From: Raillietiella orientalis
Taxonomy: Eukaryota
Assembly: GCA_036172245.1 (NCBI GenBank)
Contig: JAYWIR010000056.1
Location: 682,001 to 746,000, forward strand
Length of the DNA: 64,000 nt
Direction: 5' to 3'
Below the pieces are notes generated by a model, which saw only the letters and a list, made by a program, of their open reading frames with translations, did no database searches and had not been told where the DNA came from. Made by a program: the position numbers and the translations under genes. Shown here piece after piece: positions 1-12,700 of this stretch; position 1 is the first letter of the stretch; each line of letters begins with the position of its first letter.

Positions 1-299
1 CTAGAGTGTGCCATCTTTTCGCTAGTCGGTGCATTTTCGCTTCGAGATTTTGGAGTCCTCGAAGTTCCTCCTCCCAGCCTGCTTGTAAACACTGGATGAT
101 TCGTTCGAGACCAAGGAAGCGTTCCAATCCTTCGTGTTCCCGTTGCCGTTATTTTCTGGGATGCTGTCTCCAGGCGTCCTTTCGTCTCCGTGCGTTTTTT
201 CCGAACACACTTGCCTGTCTTCCCCGAATGTGGTTTCGCGATCCCGTTTTCACACACGGGTGGATCAGGAATCCGGATTTGCGGGGAACCTCCAGTGAA

Positions 300-2100
300 A
301 ACAACAAAAAAAAAAAACAAGAAAAATCAGTGATGGCCGGAAGGGTGGTGGTGCCGGAACGCTGCTACTGTTCCGGATGCCCAGCGCAGGACGTTCGAAA
401 GACATGGGATCGAGAAGCAGGTGAATCCAGGGACTTCGAACGTGCGAGGATAGAATCCCGAGAGGCCACGTACTGCATGCGCGCGCGTGTTTGTTTACAT
501 TTAGTTCCTGTAAACCAAAAAAAAAGCCTTCCCTGTTCACCGAAGAGTGAGATTCGGGAACACTCGAAGGTGATACGGTCACCTATTTTCTGTCTCTCTC
601 TCCCTAAAGACGACTCCGATAAAACAGCTCCACTTTGTTTTCTTCGGCGAACCCACTCCGACCACTTCGTTCGGAAGAGCAAGTCCGAGGCGGTTTCGGT
701 GCTCGGCGACCCCACGGCAGGTCGCCCACCTCGCGTCCTCCAGTAGTCATGCAATAGTGGGTCCGATTTACCACGTCGGCTGTGAAAAGTCGGATGCGTG
801 GCGCCAGATGCCAGCAAGCGAGAAAGCGGGAAAACTCCAAGCATCCTGCAAGCTCCCCTCTTTCAGAAGAGCAGACCAACGTACTTGCCCCTAGACGGGT
901 GGTGAGCTGCTGGGAGACGATTCACTCCAGACAATGACGTGGGTTGCACTTAGACGAGGGCATCCCTATTCACACTGTTTGCGACGCTCACAGCCCCGAG
1001 CTTTCCAACACACCGACACAGTCGCCATAGCGCCCGACGAGGTTGCAGTACTCGATCACCATGGTGTCTGCGACTGTAAGGGGGCTTTCCAGCATGGAAA
1101 AGAACGTTGAAATTTCCTTGGAGAGGCAGGAAAGCAGGGAGGATCCAGATCCAGGTGTTTCAATACGCAATAAACAGTGCTAGTGCACGCATCACCGGTG
1201 GGCGCCACCATGCCAGGCCATGATGATCAAAGAATCAAGGTTCTCGATAGTGCTCCCATCTCGCGGTTCGTTCGGATACTTAATGCCAGGTGATGCTGTC
1301 TCGCGGGTCCGGGAGATACATCCAGCAGCTCGCACCCGTTGTTGCACCCCGTTTGTGTGAGCGCAGAGAACAAGCCTTCTATGGACCTCCACCCGTGTCC
1401 CATCTCTTGCTCTGCAATCGAAGCCTGGGAACCTTCTCTTCACTACTGCTGTCCACGGCTCGGGAATAAGATCGTTCTTTTCAGTTGAGGGATTTCTCTG
1501 GGGTCAGTACGGTCCTCATTCTCTTCTTATACCTAGCCGCGGGCTCCATCCTCATGCTGTTTTCGCAGCTCTGGCCCTATGGAGGCTCACAACCCGCCAT
1601 TCGTCGCTCTCGTGGCTGGAGCCGGAACGCCGCACGAGGACTGTTAACTTTGCGTGTTGGCAGCAAGGAAGTCAGCGTTAGGTCGCTTGCTGGCCCGGAA
1701 ACGGTGGACGCAGTCACGCTGAGGCGCATGGACACTTTGCGCCCGTTACATCTCGGATCACTTCAGCTGCTGGAGCAGAGTGCAGCCGTTGTTTCGGTAG
1801 GCTCGTTGCAGTGGGTCGCCCAATTGCAAGGAGCAGAAGTGGCATTTCGGTTGGTGCAGTCATCTGCGGTTGCAGCAGCTTCGAGATTCTTTCTGGAAGA
1901 CCTGATCTCCGGAGGCGATCGGCGTGGTTGCTCCGGACGGCCATCGACCTGGGTCTGCTTCCATACGGAGTGGCCGGCGCCGAACGGACCGTCTTGTTTG
2001 TAGAGCGTGACTTCCTCGTAGCGCACTGACGTAAGCAGTCGCTTCCGCGGTCCTCTGCTGTCAAGCTATTGGGCAGGGGCCGTGCCCCGGCACGGGTTTC
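300..2100 (-). mobile_element. Decayed LINE fragment (ORF1 end plus AP endonuclease)
   Basis: Interrupted minus-strand frames with Cys/His knuckle-like residues (about 1.8-2.0 kb) followed by FFSMLES..TMVIEYCN, resembling the endonuclease GDFN region. Highly degenerate. Confidence 0.4.
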
Positions 2101-3099
2101 AGCTGCTCTCGATCCCTTGCATCAGAGGAACCGCACTCTTTTGCTTTGCGGTCAAGCATTCAGAGAAGCAACCGCGGTCCGTTGCCACGAGAGCTGCGGA
2201 TGCAAATCTCAGGAAACAAACGTGCGGATCTTGGGGAAGTGTGTGCGCGCGCGCGTTTCCCCCGCTTCTACCATCCTTCCAGACCTGCATTCCAGACTTC
2301 ACGTGCACGTGCGTGCGAGTGGTGTAGGGTGGGCCACTTGAAGTCGGCCCGCTGCCCAGCAGGACGGCCGAGAGCGGGCCTCTTTTAACTCCTCGCGTCG
2401 TGTGTTTTTAGGCTGCAGTGTTGAGCGCCATGGTGATCGTGGATGCTGACGTCACTGTCCGCAGCCAGAGTCGAGGTGGGCCTCTTTCGAGTCGTCGTCG
2501 CCCCCCTCCCCGTTTTCCTGCTTTGACATGCATGCGGGTAGAGGCAAACGGACGTGTTCCCGGCACGGGTCAGCCATTCCACATGCGCGACGAGACGTCA
2601 TCCGACCGGAGCCAGGCGGCACTTTCGTCTCATCACAAGGATCGTCGTCTTCTCATCCGCATCGGTTGCCATGAAAAGGGTGTGCTAATGTGAGGTGCAA
2701 CTAGTGCTGGGGATGAGGGGGAAAGGTACCCTTCCCCTCACTCTCTCCGCAATCTGGTCTCTTCCCCCTCCTCCCAACGAAGCCGCTCTCCTTGACCTTC
2801 ATCCCAGTCGACTCCTCCTCCGCCGGCGTGCACATCACGGGAGTTCTGGATGCTCGAGCACGCCATCTCTTTCCTTCCTGCCTGAGGCACTCCTCCATCT
2901 CCTAGCGACCTTGGGCTCTCTCAGCACGCTATCCTTCTCCGCATCAGCGATCCTTGGGCGGGGTTGACCCGCACCGGGGCAGGTGACCCCCCAGAGGCGC
3001 GACGGAGCTCTCCTTCCCGTTCTCTTTCTGGAGCCGCGGCTGTCGCGGGAACAGGTGATGTCCAGTGCGGCCACCACCACGCCCCGGACCCCCACGAAT

Positions 3100-3700
3100 C
3101 TGCTCCGAGAACGGGTTGGTCCGGGGCCGCTGGTTCGCGACTCCCCTCGGTCATCCTCGAGTTGAAGATGCGGGCGGAACCCCAGAGACCCTCCCACTTG
3201 GGACTCTTCCTGCACGTCCGACGGGTGTACTCCCCCAGCAGGCACTACCCGCACAGGCGAGTCGCGACGCGTAGAAAAATGGACCCTGTCCCGATCTTCA
3301 ATGCTCCCATCAAGTGCAGACGCGGGGGGCTGCCCTGGGGCCCTTCCACCCTTGTCCGGGGCGAGCCAGGAAAGGGCTACGCTGGATCGTCCCCACGCCG
3401 CAGGTGACATTCTTCAGCACCACAACCTCGGAGCGTGACCCTCCGGCATAACACGTCAGCAGCCGAGAGGAGTGGGGTGCGTGCGAAGAGGTGTTAAGGC
3501 AGTGGGGAGCTCTGTGGGCCAGGGAAGCCGTCGAGCTCATCTGGGCACTTCCTTTTCGTTTCCCTTTCTCAACAGCCTTCCATCTGGCAACCCTGCTTTT
3601 GCTCCCCCCCCTCCTTCCGGAGAGGAACGGGGTTCTTGCGTGCCTCTCAAGTGCGTCCGTGGGCTCGCACACCCACCCGATGGTTGTTGCTGGCGCTCAG
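3100..3700 (-). mobile_element. Decayed L1/Tx1-type ORF1 (zinc-knuckle) fragment
   Basis: Across frameshifts: GVGT..R..F.AR...QPP...GQGPFFY..R.C..C....TRRTC, resembling the ORF1 pattern GVWTG.R..RL..PP..G.FFY.GQP..CCHC. Confidence 0.5.
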
Positions 3701-4390
3701 CTGCTCCTGGAGAGGGCAGCTCTGCAGGCGTGCAGCGAGGGGAGTGAGCGGCTGGCGCCCGCGAGTTGCCTTTGGACGAGAAGGAGTCGCGTCATGCGGG
3801 ATCTTTGCTGGGATGAGACGCTCTCTGGATCTCGCGGCGACCTTGTGCGCGCCGACGCCTTACGCCTTTCTTTCCCTTGGTCCCGAGGAGTCCTGGAGGA
3901 GGCGGGAGCCTAGAGGGTGCGACCGCGCGGCTCGGGGTGAGGTTGAAGGGTGGTGCCCTGCCTCCACCCCTTCGCACACAGTGCACGGTGATTTCTGAAG
4001 CCTGCCCTCAGGCTCGCTGCCTCGGGAGCACCCCCCTTCCCTCCCCTCCCTGGATCGCTTCGAGACGCATCGCGTTCAGAGCGGCGGCGGCGCCCCCCCC
4101 CCCCCCCTTCCTCTTTCCGCGCGTCAAGGTCGCAGCGTCTTGAGCGGCCGACGGTAGAAGGGAGTCGCTGCTACGACGCAGCGCGCCCTCCGCGTCGCCC
4201 TTGGGGCAGCAGCAGCCGCCGCCGCGCGCGCGCGCGTCGCATTTTGCGGGCGGCCCAGATGTTTGTGCGCGCGGCGTACTGCGTAGCGGCAGTCGGCTGA
4301 AAAGGTCGGCGCGCCCCGAGCAGCTGTCATTCGTGTGAGGCGCTCCTGCGAAGGCGCTGTCGTGCTCCGCGTACCCTGCAGTCGTCGGCC

Positions 4391-4654
4391 ATGTCTGAAG
4401 TCCTCAGCGACCGCTACGAGCACTACAATTACGACCAGGACAAGTATCTCTTCTGCCACCACAGCGGCAAGCAGAGGACGAAGAGGGAGGCGAGTGCCCA
4501 CACGAACCGCCCCGACCCCTGCGGCCACGTCAGGAAGCTGGTCACCAAGATGATGAACACGGAGAGCAAGAGGAAGGCGGCCCGCGGGCGCGACCCACGG
4601 GCGGACAAGCCGCACGAGCGGGTCACCTTGTCCGTAGAGGCGCCGCGGCAGTGA
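4391..4654 (+). CDS. NUPR1: Nuclear protein 1 (p8/NUPR1) family stress protein, single exon, 87 aa
   Basis: ORF contains YEHYNYDQDKYLF..HSGKQRTKREASAHTNRPDPCGHVRKLVTKMMNTE, matching the p8/NUPR1 core as I recall it (GRTKREA..HTN..DP.GH.RK); AATAAA at 4762-4767. Confidence 0.92.
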   Translation: MSEVLSDRYEHYNYDQDKYLFCHHSGKQRTKREASAHTNRPDPCGHVRKLVTKMMNTESKRKAARGRDPRADKPHERVTLSVEAPRQ

Positions 4655-6899
4655 GGCTCCTGCGAGGACCGCCGCTGTCATGGAAACCCCGCGGCGGCGA
4701 GGTGCGGGTGCCTGGTAGCACCCTTTCGCCCGCTGCTGCACTTCCGCTGGTCTCTTGCAAGAATAAAAAACCCCGAGCCCAGAAGCGGCTGACCACCACC
4801 CGCGTGTGGGGCGCGTCGACTTCCGGGGGCCTTCTGCGTCTCCCCTCCTTGATTCCCCCTCCTCCGTGGTCCTGCAGTGTGCCATGCTCGTCCGTTGCCC
4901 TGGGCGGCGCCAGCAGCGTCCCTCACGCGACCTCCTGCCCACGCCCACCGCAAGGTTTGGCGGCGCAGTTGCCGTCTCGCGGCGCCTTTCCTTGCATGGC
5001 GTAACGTACGTCACCCTCCCCGCGCAGAGACTGAGGCCCTTCCGTCTCGCCTCCGGAGACGGGCGCGCTCGGCCCCCTTGGTCAGGAGGCGCCTGCGGCT
5101 GTCAGTCTCTCCCTCCATTCCAACTCCGGTGCGTCCTCCGGCTGAGACGGCGGCGGGTCAAGGCGCTCGGCGTGCCGCTCCCCGACCAAAGATGCCTGCC
5201 GGTGCGACCTCGGGAGTCCCCGAGATGGTACCGATGGCTCTTCGTGGAGGCCCCGCGGGATCAGCGAGAGATCAACCAAGGAGGTGAGGACGGGAGGCGA
5301 CGCTCGCTCCTCCCCAGGTTGCCCTGGAAACGGAGACCGCTGCGCGTGCATGCTGTGCGCCGCTGCGGCTCTTGGTATCCCCTCCGGGGGAGTTGCCCTC
5401 CTCCTCCAGGAAGAGCCCCTCCAGTTTTCCTCTGCCGTGGACCCAGCGGCGGAGGGGCCGCTTCCGGGTGTGCGCCGCCGCTTTCCGGGACTGTCGGCGA
5501 CCTTCGTGCTGGGGAGGCAGGAGGGAGGGGGACGAGGCCGTAAGCGACGAGCGCGCCACGCTGTGGCACGGATTGCCTAGCGGAGCGCCGATGGCGAAGG
5601 CGCAAGCGCGAGCCCTGCTGGTGGCGGAACCGTGGGTGGGTGGGTGGATGGGTGGAGTCCGAAGGTTCGCGCGAGGGAAAAGTGTGGCTAGAGATGAGGC
5701 GCTACCGAGACTCTAGGTTTTTCTCCCGAGGAATCCGCGCTTTGCCATCCCTCGCGTTGCCTTGCAAAAGCGAAAGGGATGAGGCCTTCTCGATGAGACT
5801 TTTTCGAGGAAATCCGTGGCGACCCTGCTTCGCCGCTCGCCGGCTTGCGGTGGCTAACCCTACCGAATCCTCGGAAGCTTTCGTGCAGCCATCCGTTCCA
5901 AGTGGGTTCGTCGCGTGGCGAGGAGATGGCACTGCGGCGAGCGGGCGCGGGAGCAGAGCGCCCTGAGGGAGCATCCTTCAAGCCGGCAAGAGTCGCTCCG
6001 AGCGTGTTCGCAGGCATGGAAGCCGCATTCGGGAGGTGCGTCGGATTCCAGGGTCGCGAACCCTGGAGTCGGACCTAAGCTCGGGCGATCCTCTCCCCCT
6101 CCTTGGAAACTCCGAGGGAATCCGCGGGATTATTTTTTCCAGCGCCCTCGCGATCGATTTCCTTCCGCTGCCGCGCGAAGATCTGCATCGCTCAGAGTGC
6201 TTGAAGGCGCATGCGTGCGCTCTGGGGTCCGGTCACTGCTGCTGCGGACAGGGATGTCAAGTGTGAGCGCGCCACCCTCCTCTCCTCGATTTCGCCGGTG
6301 CCCTCCGTCCGCATATGGCGGCTACCTAAGGATGGCTGCGGGCCGGCAACCCGCAGCCATCAGCGGCTCGACCGAGAGTCCAGGCAACGAGTTGTGGGAA
6401 CGTTCGCGTCTGCCAAAGGAATATTGCCCGCTTCCGTGACCAGCCAACAGGCCGCTGCAGCAGGACTGGGTCACCCAACCTCTGAAGTCTCTGCTACACT
6501 TCGGGAGACCTTTCGGAGGTTCCTACTTCTGCAGATCCGGAGAACCCCCGTTGAGGTCGACACTCGCGCCGGCGCCCTCCTCGCCTCAGCAGGGTCTTGC
6601 CTGCGGGTATCTACGTGGTACAGCTGCACAATTCACCCTCCCATCCCCCCCGACCTCCTGGAAGATCAGTTTCCGCTTTTTCTGTCTGTCTCCAGTCCTT
6701 GGTGCTCCATCTGGCTGGGAGTCCCTTCGAGCCTACGGGTTCCTATTGTACTCGGCCGAGGTCATGCCACATTTGCGAGACGGTCTCGAAGTCAGATAGA
6801 GTTCCCTCCCGCGTGGTGCACGCGAGGCCGCAAAGGTGCTTCGCCCGCGGCTCTGTTGGTCCCTGCGTCTTTCTCCTCTCTGCCCTCCTAAATTCCGCG

Positions 6900-8300
6900 C
6901 GCATGGCGGCGTCCATGCCGCGACCGACTCCACAGGGGCTACTCCTGGCGTTTTCTGGAGCCACCATCGCTCTGGACTCAAGTTTCCTGGAAGTTTCCCT
7001 AGGCCACTGGCCACCTCGTTCTTTCGATTGGCATCGCGGAGGTCTTTGACCCCTCAGTGCAGGTGGTGCTGAGACGGCGCTATTCATAGGACATCGGAGA
7101 GGAAGGGGGAGAGTCGTTCTGGTTCTGGACCTGTAGTCATAGCAAAGGAACTCGGGACATTCGAGGAGAAAGTGTGATTCCTGACCGCTTGGTGCGCGGA
7201 CGTGGGCACGGAGTGGGAAGGGTGCAGCCTCCGGCTGCTGTAGAGTTGCTTCCATCCGGTGCCTCTGCGGGACGCTCGCAGGTGTCCGACGACTCTGGGC
7301 TTGCATTCTGCAGGATTTTGTCCCTATGATCGGTAGTTCCCCTCTCCTTGCCCTTCATCCTAGGCGAAGGTCCCTTTTTCTTCCTTCTGGGAAGCGTTGT
7401 TTCCTCCGAAAACGACGCCGCGGCGCGGAGCCAGAAGAGAGCTATGTGTGCTCTGGAAGTGATGTAGGGACTCCGACTGGGAGCTCTCTGAGCTGTCCGC
7501 GGGATGGTGGCGTCGCGATCTTTTCAGGTCATCTTCAGCGGAGATTCCGGTCAGCCATAAAAAGACTGTTTGGGACCAAGAAGAGTCGTTCGTTGTATAC
7601 ACAAGCTTCAAAGGCTTCTCATCTCGATTCCGTTTCTTCTGTCATGCCGGTACGCTTCCACCAAAAGGATGCAAACCGGAAGAGATGCGATGGACAGGAG
7701 CTGAAGATTTCCGCTTAGATCATGCTGCTTCCCGGCCATTTGTCTGCAGAAGCTGTGGCTCCCACATGAAGTATGACGTTTGTGCCACCACCAATGAAAG
7801 TTCCTCTGCCAGCAGGCCCAGGGGCGTCCCCTTTAATGCTCTAGCGCCGCTCCCCATTTCTCCGAAGAAAGAATGCACTCTTAAGGATGAAGGCACTTTA
7901 AGGTGGAGGAGCTGTTACTGGGAACTTCGCTTCCTTTCTCTTTCCGAGCACTTCTTATTCATTCCAGAAGTAGCAACGAGCGAACTCCTGAAGGGAATGC
8001 GTTCGTTCTCTCCGAGTCAGCAGTCCCCAGAGAGCTTTCGAGTCTACTCGCTTACACGTGGAATGGAACTCTCGAGTCTCCCGTGATGCGAGGGGCTCTT
8101 CGCCATGCAACCAACTTGTAAAGGCTCGCCAAGGCCGTTCTCGCGAGGTCGCCGATTATTTTCCGCGTCCATCTCTCAAGGGTCAGCCAGCGTGCAGTCG
8201 GTTTGCTCTTGCACAATAAGGGACGCTCCACCAAGGAAGTCAGCCCCGCAGGTCCTGAAGGCTTCTGAACGGGCAGCCAACAGTGCGATCAACCAATCAC
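6900..8300 (-). mobile_element. Probable decayed LINE ORF1 fragment
   Basis: SGQESHFLLECPEFLCYDY resembles tandem CCHC knuckles (about 7130-7200); surrounding frames are broken; limits uncertain. Confidence 0.35.
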
Positions 8301-9317
8301 CGGCGCGGCACACATTAATCGACAGTGCCTCCGCTGAACAATTGTTCAACAATGCAGCGAAATCAATCGGCGGCGCGGCGCAATCAATGAGCACAATGAA
8401 ATGCGCAATGGTTTTCCCCCGTCTCGAGGATGCAAGAGCTCCCTCATCCCACGGGGTGGGGCGGAACGCTTGCAGGCGGCCAGCGGAGCCGCTAGTCGAA
8501 TGGGACCACGCGTCCTGTCGGTAGCGTTGCCCACAGCGGCGTCACTCGCAAGGTCCATTCGTCCGGAGGAACGAGGCTCTTGCACGTAAGCTCTGGGATG
8601 GGCATCCCACACACGCTTAGGCGTCTTCTGACCCTTCCCAGTTCCTCAGGAGTCAGCTACCGGAGTCGCTGCTGCTACTCGGAGTTCGGGGTGCGTTGGT
8701 ATGCGCACCCTTCCGTTTTCGGGAGGAGCACTCCTTCTTTTATCTTCCCCTGACCCGGATCAAAGAGGGTGAAGAGTGGGAGAGTCCCTCCTTGCCGAAG
8801 GGTTCCTTCAGAGAAGCCGCTGTCTCGGCAGTCCGGGAGAAGCTGCCGTACCGGAAGCCTCGCGAGTGCCAATGCTCGCGTGCGCGTCCCTCCCAGGAGT
8901 CGCCGTCGTCGCCAGCGCGAGGAGGACGCCGCCGCATGGCAAGGGATGCGAGAGGGAGGGAAAGGGGTTTTTTCTCGTTCGCGACGGCTGGTCCAGGGAT
9001 CCGCACGCTGCTGCGAACGCTCCGCTCGCTTCAGGATTGGGTGGACAGGTTCCCCTCCCCTTCCCTTCCCTTCCCCCCCCCCCCTTTGCGGCCTCCTGGA
9101 AAGGCAGGAGGAAGGCGTGCGTCTCCTGCTACTCGCAAACCCCCTTTTCGCTCCCTCCCTTTTCCTGGTTCCACTTCCCTGTCCCCGCTCCCTCCGCCGC
9201 CTTTCCCGCCCTCCGATCTCCCACTGGCCCTCGTCTTGAAGATGCGACTGAAGGGCGCCCTGTCTTGCTGATCGCGGACCGGTCCGGCCGCATCGGAGGA
9301 GTCTGGCGTCGGAGGCA

Positions 9318-9405
9318 GAGAGGAGGAGAGGAGGAGGAGGAGGAGGAGGAGGAGGAGAAGGAGGAAGGGAGGAGGAGGAGGAGGAGGAAGAGGAAAGGAG
9401 AGAAG
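9318..9405. repeat. (GGA)n purine tract upstream of the receptor start codon
   Basis: Run of GAG/GGA triplets seen directly. Confidence 0.9.
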
Positions 9406-9754
9406 GGCCACAGCCTGCACCCTGGATCCGCAGCAGGAAGAGTGGAAGTCGAGGTAGGGAGTGCCCCGAAGCGACGGCATGCACGCTCACGTTGCCCCCC
9501 CGAACCCGAAGCGCTCTCCGACCCGTGGCAGCGAGGCGCCGCCATCCCCGGTGATCTCTGTGAGGACAGCCTCTCCCTCGGCGGCGTCCTGTCCCCTCCC
9601 GAGTGCTCCCCGGCGCTTCCCTCCCCCGCGTGACCTGACTGCGGGAAGGACCGCAAGGGACTCTTCTCGGACGGACCAGCCCCCGTTTCCCCGCCTCTCT
9701 CCCCCCTCCCCCGCTTCTTCTCCGATCCCCGCGCCCGGGGTCGGCCGATCGAGG

Positions 9755-12700
9755 ATGGCCGCCTCCTGCCTGCTTGCGACGCTCCTGGCGCTAGCGACCC
9801 GGGTGGGCGCCAGCGTGGAGACGGTGCTCATTGTGCAGGCGGATCGGGCGCCCAGGTTCCTGGAGGCGCTCCCCCCGCGCAACCGGACGGGGGGGGCGGA
9901 GGTGTTCGTCCTGCCGGTGCCCGCCACGGGCAACCCGCTGGCGGACTTGCTGCGGCGGGTCTGCGAAGGCCTCCACGGGAGGCGCCCCGGCGCTATTCTT
10001 GTCCTGGGCGACGTGCCGCTGACCACGGTCGCCGCCATGGTGGGTCACTCCGTCGGCGCCCCAGTGGTGGGCAGGAAGTCCTCGGGCATGGCCGACGACG
10101 CCTTCCAGGTAAGAGTGCGCGCGCGTTGCTCGCGGACCTTCGACCCTGATCTCCTCCACGCCGAGCATACAAGGACTGCTCGCTCTGGAGGGGGCTCGTG
10201 CGAGGTGCTGGGAAGGGAAAGGGAGCCTCCCCATGCTCTTCCCTCCCCCCGCTCTCGGGGGAAAGGAAAATGACCCTGGCCTCCGAGATGCGCCCTCAAC
10301 CCCGGCCTTCCTGAGCACGAGAGAAGGAGCGAAGGGTTCCTTTCCTCGTGCAGGAGAGAGGTCACCTGAGATCATTCCCGCGCTAACGCCCGCAGGTAGG
10401 GTTTCTCCTTTCCGAAGGTAACGTCACCCAGACTCGCATTCGGTGTCCCGCCGCTTTGGGAGAGAGACGGGGGGCAATAGAGGCTGCGGAGAGAGCTCCT
10501 CTCTCTTCTCAGGGGTCGCGCTAGTGCGGATCTGGGCGGCGGCAGATCTTTTCCACGGCCCCTTGACCCATCCAGCTGCTTTTGCGCTGCAGACGAGGTA
10601 CGGGCGAGGTCTGCTCCCCGCTCGGAGGCGTCGGCAGGACATGACCTTCCCCGCCCCCTCTTCCTCTTCCCTACCAGGCATTCAACCCGCTCTACGTCGA
10701 GGCGAACCCCACGATCCGCCACTTCCCGGCAGCGCTGCTGCGCTTCATGGAGGACAACCGCTGGCGCCAAGTGACCGCCATCAGCGACGATTCTCACGTG
10801 GCTAGGATGCTCCTGTGGCAGCTGCAGTCCTCCGCGGAGGTGGCATCCCGGTTTAACTCCATCGTGATCCCCGGACATGCCGACGCGGCCCGCATCGGTG
10901 CCCTCGTCAGCAGGGCACGTCAGTTCCCCACTCGCTTCCTGCTGGTCAACTGCGACAGGTCGATGGCCTCCAGGGTCCTCCAGAGAGCGGCCTCCCTGGA
11001 CATGCTGGACGGCAGCTGGCTGTGGCTGCTCGTGGACGGGCACCTCCGTGGTGGACGCGACGAAGCGTGGACTCTGCCCGCAGGCGTGATCAGGGTGTCC
11101 TTCAAGGACGGCGGCTGGAACAGGAGGACCGTCTGGAATGCCTCTAGGGAGCTCCTCCTCGATTCGGTGCGGCAGACCCTGTCGGTGCCCAGCGCTGCCC
11201 ACAGCCAGCCAAGGAAGATCGACTGTTGGGAAGACGGACAGCAGCCCCCGGGAGACCCCGACCCCTTCTCCATCTCACTGCACAGGTATCGTCAGCCACA
11301 GCGTCTTCATCCTCCTCCTCTTCTTTGCTTGCTTCCCTTCCTCCTCCTTCACCTCTATCTCTTTGTCCCCTTTCCTCTTCCTTCCTTCCTTTGTTTCTTC
11401 CCATACTCGTCGTCCTTCTCCCTGCCTTCCGTTCTCCGGAAAGGGGTCCCCCCATAGGGATGGTCCCGGCGGTGTCCTTCCCAGAACTTGGACTTCTTTG
11501 CGTTCTCCAAGGGCCGCCACCCAAGAAGCCGGCCATCTGCCTCACTTACGCGCCTCGTGGGCGTTCTCTACCTCCGCTTGTTTTTTGACCAGCAAGAGAT
11601 CCCGGAGGGGAGAGGAGGGAAGAGGGGGATCAGGATGAGCACCCGTCAAGACGTGCTCCGCCTCCCCTCTTCTAGTTTCCGCTGCTCGAGGAAAGCTGCT
11701 GTCCCATCGAGCCTGCCAGACGAGCGCGTCTGGGGTCCCTGAAAGCTACCTTGGGGATGCTGCAGGCTCTTCGTCCGGATGACGCTCGTGCGGCTGTCTT
11801 ATCTTGCGGCGCGCGCGCCTCGGGAAGGAGCGTCCGTTCGTTCCCCGTGTTCACGTGTTTTCCCCATCTCTTCGTCTGTCTCTGCCTTCCCAGTCCTTCT
11901 CTCCCTCCTGGGTGACCCCCTCGATCCTGCTGCGCAAATAGGGTCGTCTGCGGGCGCGATTGGCATCGGGGTCGACCTTAGGTCATGGACTCGCTGGCGT
12001 AGCAGGGCGAGACTCCCGGCTCTTCTGTTTTTCGCGCAGCCCCGTCTGCATAGGAGCGACGGTGCAGATCCCCGTCCCCCTTCCCTCGCTCCTGCGGGAC
12101 ACAGGGAGCGCACGGGGGAAAAGAACTCGGGGCAAGTAGAGAGAGCCCATGAGACTGCTCGACGAAGAAGGAGGACGAGACGACTGTCTCCGGTCCAGGA
12201 GACGCCTCTCGGATGGAGGGAAGGCTGAGAGAGGGGGGACTCGTCCATCCCTTACGATTCCCGTCGATCTCATCAGGATCCGCTGCTCTCTTGTCCCGGA
12301 AGAGATGCGATCACAGAGAGAAGGGAATAGGAAGGGAGCAAGAAGAAGGAAGAGAAGGACAAAAAGACGCTCGCGGGAGTCGCCAAAAAGGTCGAGGTGA
12401 ACGCAAATGTGGGGCATCTGTTCTGCCGGATGCTCCCAGGAGCGGAAAGATCATGGAGAGGATCCGAATCGATCTGGGAGCGAAATATGATGATGCGGAA
12501 GAGATACAAGTTCCGAGGAACAAACGACATCAATGAGTTGCGAAATGGTACTTTCGAGAGCACGGAACGCAATAACTGCGCGGAGATAAGCGGAACAAAA
12601 GATTGTACATCCTGGAGTAACACGCGAGAGTCATCACAATATGGCGTTGGCTTCTCGGAGTCTCCAACGCTCATAAATTAGGAAGACGGCAACAATTTAT

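Noticed and set aside
8675..9656. Long overlapping ORFs with poly-Glu, poly-Ser or poly-Leu
   Set aside because: Translations of the (GGA)n tract upstream of the receptor.
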